From a virus (Duplodnaviria > Caudoviricetes): 58,581 nt of DNA. The notes beneath the pieces are model-generated. The model saw nothing but the letters and a program-made list of their open reading frames with translations. It was not told where the DNA came from and did no database searches. The position numbers and the translations under genes are program-made. Of this stretch, positions 18,625-28,675 are shown piece after piece; position 1 is the first letter of the stretch, and each line of letters begins with the position of its first letter. The stretch spans positions 1-58,581 of IMG/VR virus record IMGVR_UViG_3300025096_001538; one strand, 5' to 3'.

Positions 18625-21399
18625 TTATTCAGGAAATGTAGCTCCTGTTGGTAATACTACGAAGTCCAATACAATAAATTCAGCTGTCCGTGTTGGTTGG
18701 ATAAATATCTGACCAACAAGTTGATTTCTATCAACAACATCTGGAGTATTATTGGTATCATCCATTACTACTCTAAATGCGGATAAACCACTATTTGATT
18801 GTACAGACTCTAAGAATGGATTCACTATGTTAAGGAATCTATTTCTTGTAGCTGTAGTATTCTGTTCGAATACTAAATACCTACTTGATGAAGCGATAAA
18901 CTTCTTCAATCTAATCAACAATCTTCGTACATTAACCCTATCAAGTGCTGATGGTCTTGCTTGGAGTGTTTTCTGTCCCCAAACTACCACACCTTGACCT
19001 GGGAATGAAGCGATTGGATTAACTCTATCTTCATAAAGTTCATCTCTTTCAGAATGAGTCAATCTTGTTTGTGCTTCAAGTACGGTTGTTAATCCACCAC
19101 GATTCAGACCAGCTGGTGCGAACCATTCGTGTGCTACTTTATCTGTGTAAGCGATTACACCAGGTAACACAACTGAAGGCGGAACCCATACAGGTAACGA
19201 TGTATTTCTATCTACAATCTTTACCCAAGGATAATAGGTTGCTGCGTAATTCGTATCAAGTGCGGAAATTGTATTTACTGCACTTGCTATTGTACCACCA
19301 TGAATACCACAATCCAATACATAAAATGCATCACCACGAGCTTCACATTTAGCTATCGCGTGATTAGTAATCTTGGAATGTAATCCGTGAATTATACCAG
19401 GTGTTATCAACATATTGATATCGAACTCATCAGCGTTACTAATAGCGTTAATTGCTTTTTTGTAAGATACTGAACCACCAGTAGATGATGTTGAACAATC
19501 AAATCCTTGAGTATTGGTATTAACAATATTCGCTCCCGTATATTTAGGAACTGCTGGATTTGAACCATCAAAACCACCTTGAAATGGAACAACGAACTTT
19601 CTCTGTTTAATATGAGAAAGGTCAAGTGTTATCTTTTCAGTACCATCTGAATAAGTAGTTCCAAGTGTTGATGCGTCTGCATGTCCATTGAAATCCTCAA
19701 GACTCATTGTGGTATTTGAACCATTTCCAAATGAATTATGTGGTGCTAAATATTCTTCAGCATCAGCATTAGCGTAATCTACACCATATAGTACAGCACT
19801 ATCAAATTCACCTTGTGCATTTGATTGAGTTGCTTTGAATGTCCAAGCTGGAACAGTTGAATCATCACTACCATGTGGATTGTTAATTGACGCGTGTCCC
19901 ATTGGAACTAATGACTTTGGTATTTCATTGTTAGCAATTTCTGAATAATCTGATACATAGATGTATTTAGACAGATTTGGCCAATCACCATTGTAAGTGA
20001 GTTTACCATTTGCGTCTATTGTTACATATCTATCACCGATTCGTCTTGCGAAGTAATTAGGACTTGTTGGATCAAAATTAAGACCATCCCATTGTTCTAA
20101 GATATTATCTTTTGTCAAGTTATTATCATTTAAACCAGTCTGTCTTACTTGAAGTGAAAATGTTCCATAATCACTACCAGCAACTGAACCTGCCTTCTTA
20201 ATATTCGAAATAACAATCTTATATTTGTTATTTACATCACTACCATGTGAACGAGATTTAACTGCAAATAAACTATACCTTCCACCATTTAATGTCTGTG
20301 ATTGAATAGCGGGTGTCGCTGCGTTTTGATATGTTATACCTAAACCTAAAGTTCCATCTACGACTGATACAGTATTACTTGCGGAATATCCCGATGTAGT
20401 TTGTACATACTTGTAATTCTTATACAAATAAGCTGCTACCGTATTCTGACCAGATTTCTGAACTTGTGCATCTCTACTAAATACATCTTCAATATAAGAA
20501 GCGTTACTACTTCCAGTATTAAAACTGAAACTATATTTATTTACACTTCCATCTGCTGTCAAGCTCTTTGCTCCCCAGTTACTACCACTCAATGTTAATG
20601 AAGCTGATTCCCAGTTACCAATAATTGTACTACCTTCTAAATCTGCAGTTCCACTTGAACCACCACGAGATGGTACTAATACTGCGAGTACTTTACCACC
20701 TATTGCTGCGGCTCCACCTGCAAGTGATGTGCTAGTACTTCCAGATTTAAATGAAATACTATTTCCACCAGTTCCCGAAAGGGACGCCGTTACTACAAGA
20801 TTAACGGAATGGGAAACATTTGGTTGCCATACCGATGTAGATACTGGAATACCAGTTGCTGCGTTAATTTGAATAGACATTGACTGGATACGATTCTTAA
20901 ACTCTTCCCTATTATTAACTAATGATCCACTTCCAAGGAAGTAATATGAATTTGCTGAAGGTTCATCAGCTGGTAATGGTAAATCCACAGCTGTAAATTT
21001 AAACTTAGTTCCATCCGAACCAGTTATAGCAAATACATCATTTTCAGACATCCTCGACATACTAATTGATGCATTTCCATATTTTGCAGCCGTTGTAGTT
21101 CCTGTCGTAATTGCCAATGAATCTGCTGAGTATCCACTTGTGTTAAGAATACGAACTATCGTTACAGTTCCTGCACTCCTTAAATATTGTTCTACCGCGT
21201 ATGGTGTATAATAATCTTTGGTCGTAGTTCCAAACATTTCTTCGAACTCAGGAAAATTACTAATTTGAGTTGGTACAAAAGCAGGACCTTTAAGTGTTGG
21301 TCCTATTATACATGCTCCAATATCAGCAATCCCTTGTGGAAGAAATGATAAATCCCGTTCCCTCGTAAACACACCTGGCGATACGATTCTTTCTGCCAT
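18625..21399 (-). CDS. Tail sheath protein (T4 gp18-like)
   Basis: VSPGVFTRERD, IIGPTLKGP, YAATYYPWV, WFAPAGLNRG, VNPIASFPGQGVVVWGQKTL, RVNVRRL, FEQN, IQPTRTAEFIVLDF. Confidence 0.96.
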   Translation of the reverse strand: MAERIVSPGVFTRERDLSFLPQGIADIGACIIGPTLKGPAFVPTQISNFPEFEEMFGTTTKDYYTPYAVEQYLRSAGTVTIVRILNTSGYSADSLAITTGTTTAAKYGNASISMSRMSENDVFAITGSDGTKFKFTAVDLPLPADEPSANSYYFLGSGSLVNNREEFKNRIQSMSIQINAATGIPVSTSVWQPNVSHSVNLVVTASLSGTGGNSISFKSGSTSTSLAGGAAAIGGKVLAVLVPSRGGSSGTADLEGSTIIGNWESASLTLSGSNWGAKSLTADGSVNKYSFSFNTGSSNASYIEDVFSRDAQVQKSGQNTVAAYLYKNYKYVQTTSGYSASNTVSVVDGTLGLGITYQNAATPAIQSQTLNGGRYSLFAVKSRSHGSDVNNKYKIVISNIKKAGSVAGSDYGTFSLQVRQTGLNDNNLTKDNILEQWDGLNFDPTSPNYFARRIGDRYVTIDANGKLTYNGDWPNLSKYIYVSDYSEIANNEIPKSLVPMGHASINNPHGSDDSTVPAWTFKATQSNAQGEFDSAVLYGVDYANADAEEYLAPHNSFGNGSNTTMSLEDFNGHADASTLGTTYSDGTEKITLDLSHIKQRKFVVPFQGGFDGSNPAVPKYTGANIVNTNTQGFDCSTSSTGGSVSYKKAINAISNADEFDINMLITPGIIHGLHSKITNHAIAKCEARGDAFYVLDCGIHGGTIASAVNTISALDTNYAATYYPWVKIVDRNTSLPVWVPPSVVLPGVIAYTDKVAHEWFAPAGLNRGGLTTVLEAQTRLTHSERDELYEDRVNPIASFPGQGVVVWGQKTLQARPSALDRVNVRRLLIRLKKFIASSSRYLVFEQNTTATRNRFLNIVNPFLESVQSNSGLSAFRVVMDDTNNTPDVVDRNQLVGQIFIQPTRTAEFIVLDFVVLPTGATFPE

Positions 21400-21450
21400 T
21401 ATTTTTCTCCTATGTTATAATTTAAATAACTAAATTAGTCGTTTTTAGAC

Positions 21451-21473
21451 TATAAATATTTAATATAAATATC
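21451..21473 (-). promoter_or_regulatory. Two copies of the recurrent motif upstream of sheath
   Basis: Plus strand TATAAATATT (21451) and TATAAATATC (21464). Confidence 0.65.
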
Positions 21474-21512
21474 GCCTAACTTTCTCAAACGATATGTTTG
21501 TGGGAGATTATT

Positions 21513-21812
21513 TTAAGTAGTTTCTGAAGTTTCTACTGGTGCAGGAGTAAATACTCCTGTTGCTGGATCTAAATTTCCAGGACCATACTTTTCATTCAAA
21601 TCAGCAACTAATTTTCGTTCAGTTTCTTGAACTTCACCGTACTCAACTTCCAATTTAGCCTTAGCATTATCCAATTGGTCTAATTGTTGTGTTACCAACA
21701 ACCTTTGAACCTCTAATTGTCCAAATTGTAGTTGTTTCTGTTGATATGAGCTTTGTAGGTCTTGTAAAGATTTCAATTCATCTTCTGTGAACTTTGTCTC
21801 TTTGTTAGCCAT
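21513..21812 (-). CDS. Hypothetical coiled-coil protein
   Basis: 99 aa, Gln/Leu heptads ending KYGPGNLDPATGVFTP; GGAG upstream and motif at 21852-21861. Confidence 0.8.
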   Translation of the reverse strand: MANKETKFTEDELKSLQDLQSSYQQKQLQFGQLEVQRLLVTQQLDQLDNAKAKLEVEYGEVQETERKLVADLNEKYGPGNLDPATGVFTPAPVETSETT

Positions 21813-21873
21813 AACTTTTTCTCCTTATTATTATTTATAACTTATACAATATATAAATATCAAGTAAATTACT

Positions 21874-22884
21874 CTAATTCACTTTTTTCTTTAGATCTTC
21901 TATCTCTTGTTTTAATTCCTTTACCGATTCTATTAATAACGGAACTAATCGTTTATAGTCAACTCCCAAATAACCATTTTTTCTTTCTACCACAATTTCA
22001 GGAATGACTTTTTTAACTTCTTGTGCAATTACCCCAACATCGTGTCCTCTATGTTGAGCCCAACCTGGTGATTTCTCGTTCCAATCAAACTCTACACCAC
22101 GAATACCATCTATCTTATCCAATGAACCTTGTATAACTTCTATATTATCTTTAAGTCTTTCGTCTGATGAGTTATATGCTACAACATCACCATCTGATAT
22201 TATATCACCAGATGCAGATACGATTCCAAACGAAGCGGTTGCAGAAGCACTTATATTTCCAGTAATTTCAAGGCCTGTGTTTAAAGTTTTTCCAACATAT
22301 TGATAAACAGACATATAGCAATATTGACTATCACTTGGATCTTTTGCGGAATTAAGAAATTGAATTACACCAGTTTTATAATCAAATACATAATCATTAG
22401 TTGAAACTATATCACCACTATCTACTGATTCGGATGTAACGGCACTTGATTTATAAAGAATTGCTAAATATCCTGGAGTAGAATCTTCAACCGTAGATGT
22501 TGCCAATCCAGCTATTGAATATTTAGGAGATATAAAATTAGTCTGTTGATTGCTATCTATTAACTGTGCACCAACTCCACTATTGCTTCCACTCGGGTCT
22601 AAAAAGAACCAAATTTCATTATTAGTATTTGATTTAGTCAATTTATGTCTATACCAATACTTCATAATGTTTTCACTACTAACCGAGTAAAAAGAACCAC
22701 TCTGTGAACTTCCACTATAAGGTAATCCAGATGATGGAATCTTACCAGTTTGAGTATATATCTCAGACGACTGTAAATCAAGTACACTTGTAAATGATTC
22801 TTGAGCAGTCGTGTAGGTATTATGCGTATATCTTCTTGACGCTAATAATCTACTTGATTTTGACCCTGAATCTATTTTTCCCAT
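21874..22884 (-). CDS. Tail fibre/spike-like protein with C-terminal S74 intramolecular chaperone
   Basis: SSDERLKDNI, IRGVEFDW, DVGVIAQEV, LGVDYKRLVPLLIESVKEL. Confidence 0.85.
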   Translation of the reverse strand: MGKIDSGSKSSRLLASRRYTHNTYTTAQESFTSVLDLQSSEIYTQTGKIPSSGLPYSGSSQSGSFYSVSSENIMKYWYRHKLTKSNTNNEIWFFLDPSGSNSGVGAQLIDSNQQTNFISPKYSIAGLATSTVEDSTPGYLAILYKSSAVTSESVDSGDIVSTNDYVFDYKTGVIQFLNSAKDPSDSQYCYMSVYQYVGKTLNTGLEITGNISASATASFGIVSASGDIISDGDVVAYNSSDERLKDNIEVIQGSLDKIDGIRGVEFDWNEKSPGWAQHRGHDVGVIAQEVKKVIPEIVVERKNGYLGVDYKRLVPLLIESVKELKQEIEDLKKKVN

Positions 22885-22893
22885 TTCTTATCT

Positions 22894-25614
22894 CTAACTA
22901 AAAGTCAATGTTATGTCATCTATTGGTGTTGGATCACCTTTATATCTGACTATTACATAAAGTTCATTATCATTTGAATCTAAATACATTCCATCTGCAT
23001 TTCTTATTGGAACGGTATATGTATTACTTCCAATACTACCACCACTATTTCCATACAAACTAATTGCCGTGGAAAATGGATTTTTAAAATTATCTTGTGC
23101 TATATCTGCTTCAATTAAATTACTTGTAGTTGCTGTAGGATCATAAATCCTTGCCACACCCAAAGCGCTATTATTACCACTATTTTTACCCGAACTCTCA
23201 AATAATAATGCACATGAAACACCATTTGTGGTAGCGTTCCAAGCTATCAATGTATTATTATTAAGATTTACCGTCATACTTGATTTCGTTCCACCATCAG
23301 TTTGAAATCTTCTAATATAATACTTGTAAGTTCCACTACCATAACTTGATGGATACCAATATCTATAACTACCACCTGGATCTACCAAAAATCCTGGTTT
23401 CACTTGTAAGTCATAATTACCTAATTGATTTATTGCAAATGTAGTTGTCCATGCAGTTCCATTAAATGCCTGTACGTTATCTGCCAATTGTATTCTGTAA
23501 CTTTCACCAGTAAATGTTTCTGTTGTTCCTGCTAAAGTTCCACCATCATATCCTTGTGCTCTTCCATAAACTCCCATACTTCCACTTGTATGAGGTTGAC
23601 CAAACATACTTGCAGAATGATAATAAATTGTTTGAGTATCTAATGTCGAATAATCACTATCCCTATCCCTTGCCCTTGTCTGAACCGTAAATGTTTCATC
23701 AGTAAGAGTTGCTGAAGATTGTATATTCTCATCATTACCTGCAGCAAATAATACGGATGCAGATACTATTGCTATATCATTATAATATGGAACTGTGCTC
23801 GTACTTCTTGCACTTGAACCACCACTATCATAGATTGCATTTGCAGTTTGTATTGTTCCACCACTCGTGGAAATATTATCATTAGTTATCGATACACTAC
23901 CCACACCAACACTACCACCATTCATATCTGTTAATGTGGTTGTTGCTGCATATAACGGATTAAATAGTCCTGTAATTTTTGTTGATATTTCATAAGTAGA
24001 ACCAGTTACATAAGGTGCTCCACTTAAACTTCTCGACACACAGGTTAAATATCTTGTTGTTGTCCCAACATCTGCCAATGAGTTATCTCCTATAGCAGTA
24101 TTAATTGTAGATCTCGGTGCGAAAAAATATTTTTTATCAGTTCCATTTACATATGTAAAAGCTCCTGATCCAGTTGCTATTCCAACCTTTAAACCATGAA
24201 AATTATAATATCCACTTGCAGATACACTTGTGAAATCATTATTTAAGCTCGGATTAGAACCACTATATCTTCTTGTCAACGAACCCGTCATAGAAGTTCC
24301 ACCAAGATTTTCAAATTTACCATCTTGATATGCTGCAGGTATAACTGCAGGATTAGCAGATGCAATTTTTGCCAATTCCACACCACTCGTTGTTCCAAAA
24401 TCAGTCATCGTATAATCTATATAAGATTGTGTAGTAAATGTGTTAGATGCTGTTGTTGGCGTTGCAACACTTCCTGTATCACTAAATGATTGTGTTGCTA
24501 TTACTCTAACATCAAATCGTGTTGCCCCACCACTTGTCAAACCACCTAATCCAAATAATTCACTATCAGCTGATGATTGAACACTTGTTGAACCACCACT
24601 ATTGGAATCAAAATCTACATAGTAAGTTGGACCATTACTAGCGTAAAAAGTTATACCATCAAAAATCTTTTCACCAACACCTGTCCAATCCTTGTGAACT
24701 AAATAATTTAATGTTGTGTTACTTAATGATGTATAATTTTGTGGTAATCTACCAGCTATCTGACTTGCAGTTGAACCTAAATTATTATTATTTGTATCTA
24801 CACTTGCAAATGTTTTTGTATTTGCGGTTGGTGATGCTGTATCTATTGAATGACTAATTATTCCAGCCATAAATCTTAATATTTCACTCACATGAGTAGT
24901 ATTATCAAAATTGTTAAAATAACTACCTACTAAATTAGATTGCCATTGATTTGAAGTTGGATATCCATTTTGTATATTATTACTATATATAGCAGTAGAT
25001 CCACTATCTACTAAACTTATATTTATTGATTCTGAAACATTTAGTGATCCACTTACTTTCAAATCTTGAGTTGCTGCATAAAATGATCCCGTTTTTGCAA
25101 ATACTCCTGCAGAAACTCCAGTTAAACTACTACCATCACCTAATAATTTTCCAAACGAACCAGTTGCAGTTGAGCCACTTATATCACCAGACAAGTGAAT
25201 GTCTTTGTATCGTAGTGTAGAAGAGCCTAAATCTGTTGTATTATCCGATTCTGGTCTTAATAAAGTGGTAGCACTACCACCAAGTTTAATAAATGTATTA
25301 TCGGGTATAATAATTGAATTATTAGATCTATTACCACCCCCTCTAATTTCAACTTCTTCACCATCTTTAGCAGATATGTAAGTACTTCCATCCGATTTAC
25401 CAGATATTATCATATAATCATTTGAACCTGTCTGGTGTGTAGTTTTTAGTCCTACATAATTAGTACCTAAAGAATATGCTTCTTCTCCTAATACTAAACC
25501 ATCTCCATATATACTTTCCGATACATACAATGAACCAGTAATGCTATGACTACCAGAAATTACTAATGAACCAGTTAAGACACTATCTAATTGTTTTAAT
25601 TTTAACTGAGCCAT
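22894..25614 (-). CDS. Ser/Thr/Gly-rich virion structural protein
   Basis: 906 aa, beta-rich composition, many SGS/TGS motifs, tail-fibre-like LRPESDNTTDLGSSTLRYKDIH. Confidence 0.65.
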   Translation of the reverse strand: MAQLKLKQLDSVLTGSLVISGSHSITGSLYVSESIYGDGLVLGEEAYSLGTNYVGLKTTHQTGSNDYMIISGKSDGSTYISAKDGEEVEIRGGGNRSNNSIIIPDNTFIKLGGSATTLLRPESDNTTDLGSSTLRYKDIHLSGDISGSTATGSFGKLLGDGSSLTGVSAGVFAKTGSFYAATQDLKVSGSLNVSESINISLVDSGSTAIYSNNIQNGYPTSNQWQSNLVGSYFNNFDNTTHVSEILRFMAGIISHSIDTASPTANTKTFASVDTNNNNLGSTASQIAGRLPQNYTSLSNTTLNYLVHKDWTGVGEKIFDGITFYASNGPTYYVDFDSNSGGSTSVQSSADSELFGLGGLTSGGATRFDVRVIATQSFSDTGSVATPTTASNTFTTQSYIDYTMTDFGTTSGVELAKIASANPAVIPAAYQDGKFENLGGTSMTGSLTRRYSGSNPSLNNDFTSVSASGYYNFHGLKVGIATGSGAFTYVNGTDKKYFFAPRSTINTAIGDNSLADVGTTTRYLTCVSRSLSGAPYVTGSTYEISTKITGLFNPLYAATTTLTDMNGGSVGVGSVSITNDNISTSGGTIQTANAIYDSGGSSARSTSTVPYYNDIAIVSASVLFAAGNDENIQSSATLTDETFTVQTRARDRDSDYSTLDTQTIYYHSASMFGQPHTSGSMGVYGRAQGYDGGTLAGTTETFTGESYRIQLADNVQAFNGTAWTTTFAINQLGNYDLQVKPGFLVDPGGSYRYWYPSSYGSGTYKYYIRRFQTDGGTKSSMTVNLNNNTLIAWNATTNGVSCALLFESSGKNSGNNSALGVARIYDPTATTSNLIEADIAQDNFKNPFSTAISLYGNSGGSIGSNTYTVPIRNADGMYLDSNDNELYVIVRYKGDPTPIDDITLTFS

Positions 25615-25889
25615 TCTAATTCCTTATACTTCAATGCCTCTTGTTGTTTTCTTTCTTCCCAATACAAAGTCATTCCCTGTGAAATATTCTTTTTGTGTAC
25701 TCTACTCTTTGGTTTCTTCATCTTTTCTATGGTATCCATAGCAAGTTTTCTATCCGATTGAGCACACGACTTACAAACAGCATTGTTCCCTACAGCACGG
25801 TCAAAAGTGTCCTTTCGAGTATAATAAATAATTCTATTACAATCGGGACACTTTCGGTTTTTTCTGTCTCTCCAATGGCGTTTTCTCAT
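25602..25889 (-). CDS. Zinc-ribbon protein with NUMOD3-like tail
   Basis: CPDC...CKSC followed by DTIEKMKKPKSRVHKKNIS; ATG at 25889 sits just below the motif at 25896-25905. Confidence 0.6.
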   Translation of the reverse strand: MRKRHWRDRKNRKCPDCNRIIYYTRKDTFDRAVGNNAVCKSCAQSDRKLAMDTIEKMKKPKSRVHKKNISQGMTLYWEERKQQEALKYKELEWLS

Positions 25890-25938
25890 ATCACTAATAA
25901 ATATCAAGAAATGGAAATAGTAAAAGAAAAGTGGATAA

Positions 25939-26328
25939 TTAAATTAAATCTTCAATCATTTCCTCAATTTTTTTATTGAGAATCTTTATTTCTTTTAATC
26001 CTTTTTTAATCAAGGTAGGTTTACCTTTATTTATACCCGAAAAAACCTTACCCATATTTACTTTCCAACTGTCTCCATAGATTCTTAACATTAAAAAGGA
26101 GCGTTTTTCATCACTCATTTTTTCATCAATAGTAGATTCAACTTTAAAAGGTGGTCTATCTATATCCGTATAAACTTTTCCTAACTCTACATCAGTTCCA
26201 CCCAATCTTTCAAATTCCGTAAGACCATCTGGTTCTCTACCTTTCATCACAGGTTTAGACCACCTTTTTGGTAAATCTCTGAATGAAGTATCATTCCATT
26301 CTTTTAATAATTCTTTTAGTTTAATCAT
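25939..26328 (-). CDS. Leader-bearing hypothetical protein (MIKLKELLKE)
   Basis: Shared leader; internal ESTIDE site. Confidence 0.75.
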   Translation of the reverse strand: MIKLKELLKEWNDTSFRDLPKRWSKPVMKGREPDGLTEFERLGGTDVELGKVYTDIDRPPFKVESTIDEKMSDEKRSFLMLRIYGDSWKVNMGKVFSGINKGKPTLIKKGLKEIKILNKKIEEMIEDLI

Positions 26329-26722
26329 TCTCAATAGTCTCCTTAACCCACTTATTTATTGGACTTGGTAAATCACCTACATCAAAATATCCCCAATCTA
26401 TATGTTCATGATTTATTCTTGGGATAAATTTTGTATTTCCCTTTAATACATATAAATAGAACTCTCCACCATTATCTTTCTTATAGGTACTATTTAAGTC
26501 TGGAATACCATTTAATACTATCTGTGTTTCTTCCGTAAATTCTCTAACTGAACCTGCTAATGGTTCTTCTCCAATTTGTATATGACCTTTAGGAATATGC
26601 CAAGTACCAGATTTCTCTCCTAAACATAATAATACTTTATCATTCCAATAATATAAAACTCCACCAGTATCATCAGAATCGTTCTCGTGTCCTTCAAATA
26701 ATAAATCTTTTAGTTTAAGCAT
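26321..26722 (-). CDS. Nudix hydrolase with leader MLKLKDLLFE
   Basis: Nudix box PKGHIQIGEEPLAGSVREFTEETQI; EHIDWGYF. Confidence 0.88.
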   Translation of the reverse strand: MLKLKDLLFEGHENDSDDTGGVLYYWNDKVLLCLGEKSGTWHIPKGHIQIGEEPLAGSVREFTEETQIVLNGIPDLNSTYKKDNGGEFYLYVLKGNTKFIPRINHEHIDWGYFDVGDLPSPINKWVKETIEND

Positions 26723-27098
26723 TTGAATTACCTGTTTCTTTTCTTACGAAATCTATAACATCACCCTTATCTCCATTACCTTTAAAGGCTATTTTCTTAT
26801 ATGCATCAACCCACATCTTATCACCTTCAATTTGAATATATGCAGTTTTCATACGACCCGTTTTTTCTACTTCTGACCAAGAAATAATTTTAACTCTTGG
26901 ATGTCCACCTATTGGCCATATTCTATTATACTCTTTATCTCTTGCAGTTATGGATTTATAAGTTTCTTTATATTTTGCTTCCCTTAAAGGTGTTTTTGGA
27001 TGTGTTTCCATTACATCTTTAAATGTGGGAAGTGGATCACCAAACTTTCTATCCCACGCGTATTTGCTTTCTTTTAATAATTTTTTTAATTTTACCAT
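26715..27098 (-). CDS. Leader-bearing hypothetical protein (MVKLKKLLKE)
   Basis: Shared leader; SKYAWDRKFGDPLPTFKDVM module also in 38140..38559; motif variant at 27119-27128 upstream. Confidence 0.75.
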   Translation of the reverse strand: MVKLKKLLKESKYAWDRKFGDPLPTFKDVMETHPKTPLREAKYKETYKSITARDKEYNRIWPIGGHPRVKIISWSEVEKTGRMKTAYIQIEGDKMWVDAYKKIAFKGNGDKGDVIDFVRKETGNSNA

Positions 27099-27142
27099 TT
27101 TACTTTCCTTTTTATACTATTAAATATCAAATTACCTATAAT

Positions 27143-28666
27143 TTAACTCCAAGTGGCCCCACCTGATCCTCCGTCTGTTGGAATAGTACCATCATACCGA
27201 TTACCATTGGAATTGACATTACCACTATAATCATAAACTATACTACCACTACTCTCAGTCATCTTCCAATATGCCTGTAAACCAGTTTCATTAGATACAT
27301 CGTAAGGTGTTCCATTATTATAGTAAATAGAAGCGTTACTTGTTTTATCTCCTGAGAATACTGAAAACTCCTTTATAGAACCAGAAAAATGTGCATTAAC
27401 GGCATTACCATCGTTACGATATGAACCAATAGTCAAACCTTGATTATAATTTGCTGGAACTCCTGAAGATGAGATTATTGAATTTATAGGTATTAATGTC
27501 CCATCTACATATAATTTTGAACCAGATAATTCATTTACAGAATCAAATACCATCCAATGATGCCATTGTCCATCATCTTGTGCAGAAGTATCATCCCAAT
27601 ATATATACCAATTAGCATTATACCACCTCAAAGGTCTGCCGGCATGAAAATTAAAAATAAAAGATTTTTTATTAGTTCCCCACCCAAATGGAGCCTGATT
27701 TCTACCAGTTTCAGATGACTTTGCCCAAAATGAATAAGTTTTATCTGAAGGAATATTAGTTCCCTGGCCACTACTGCCTGAAAAAACAGTATTAACTTCA
27801 TCATATTCTCCATCAAAATGAAGTTCTCCTGTAGATTCAAACCTACCCCATGCCTTTATTACATCATCACTTGATAGATTATATCCTAAACTATCAGAAT
27901 CGGCTATTAAATGAAAAGTACCCCTATTCTGTTCTATAGTTAATGCATCGTGTTCCATAACCTGTCCGTTATTAAAAAATATAAAATCTGATTCATTTGT
28001 TGCAGTTGTACCAGTTGGTGCCGATGCTGAAAGTACACCATTAAAACTGGCCGTATTATTAGAAATAGTTGATGCAGTTTTATTAAAATTTTTCCGTAAA
28101 TATGGTTCAACAACAGTAGTTCCAACATTTGAATCTGCATATGTTTTAGCTGCCCCTTCTGTTACAATTGCAGTCTGACTATTGTCTCCTAAAAGACCAT
28201 CATTAGATATTTCGTTACTACTATACCCATTTAATACAAAAGAGCCCGTTTCATATAAACTACCAGTAACATAATGAATATCATCTAAAGAATTACCAAA
28301 CTGAGTTGATCCAGATTTGAAAATAGTATTAGATGAAGTTAATTCTGCAGTTATTATTTCTGCAGTTATTTTTCCATTAATTGTTGCATTACCAGATATA
28401 TTCAAATTCGTTGTAATTGTTGTATCACCAGTATTTGTTAAATTACTATTAAAACTACCATCAGAAAGAATAGATAAATTATTACCAAATCTATATGAAC
28501 TGGCAGTAATTTGTCCAAATTGAACATCAGATGTTGTACTCACATCCTGTCCGATTGTAAGTTGTTGTGCTATGGATGTACCACCATCCCATTCAACTCC
28601 ACTATTAGATGCTGTTACTCCATTTGCTCCTATTATTGTTAATGGATTTTGTAATATAAATGGCAT
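27143..28666 (-). CDS. Fibre/whisker-like protein with C-terminal LamG/concanavalin-like domain
   Basis: TYSFWAK, DDGQWHH, KLYVDG, LTIG, FSGSIKEFSVF, GLQAYWKM, VYDYSGN; N-terminal half paralogous to C-terminal half of 28676..30373. Confidence 0.75.
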   Translation of the reverse strand: MPFILQNPLTIIGANGVTASNSGVEWDGGTSIAQQLTIGQDVSTTSDVQFGQITASSYRFGNNLSILSDGSFNSNLTNTGDTTITTNLNISGNATINGKITAEIITAELTSSNTIFKSGSTQFGNSLDDIHYVTGSLYETGSFVLNGYSSNEISNDGLLGDNSQTAIVTEGAAKTYADSNVGTTVVEPYLRKNFNKTASTISNNTASFNGVLSASAPTGTTATNESDFIFFNNGQVMEHDALTIEQNRGTFHLIADSDSLGYNLSSDDVIKAWGRFESTGELHFDGEYDEVNTVFSGSSGQGTNIPSDKTYSFWAKSSETGRNQAPFGWGTNKKSFIFNFHAGRPLRWYNANWYIYWDDTSAQDDGQWHHWMVFDSVNELSGSKLYVDGTLIPINSIISSSGVPANYNQGLTIGSYRNDGNAVNAHFSGSIKEFSVFSGDKTSNASIYYNNGTPYDVSNETGLQAYWKMTESSGSIVYDYSGNVNSNGNRYDGTIPTDGGSGGATWS

Positions 28667-28675
28667 TTTATAATC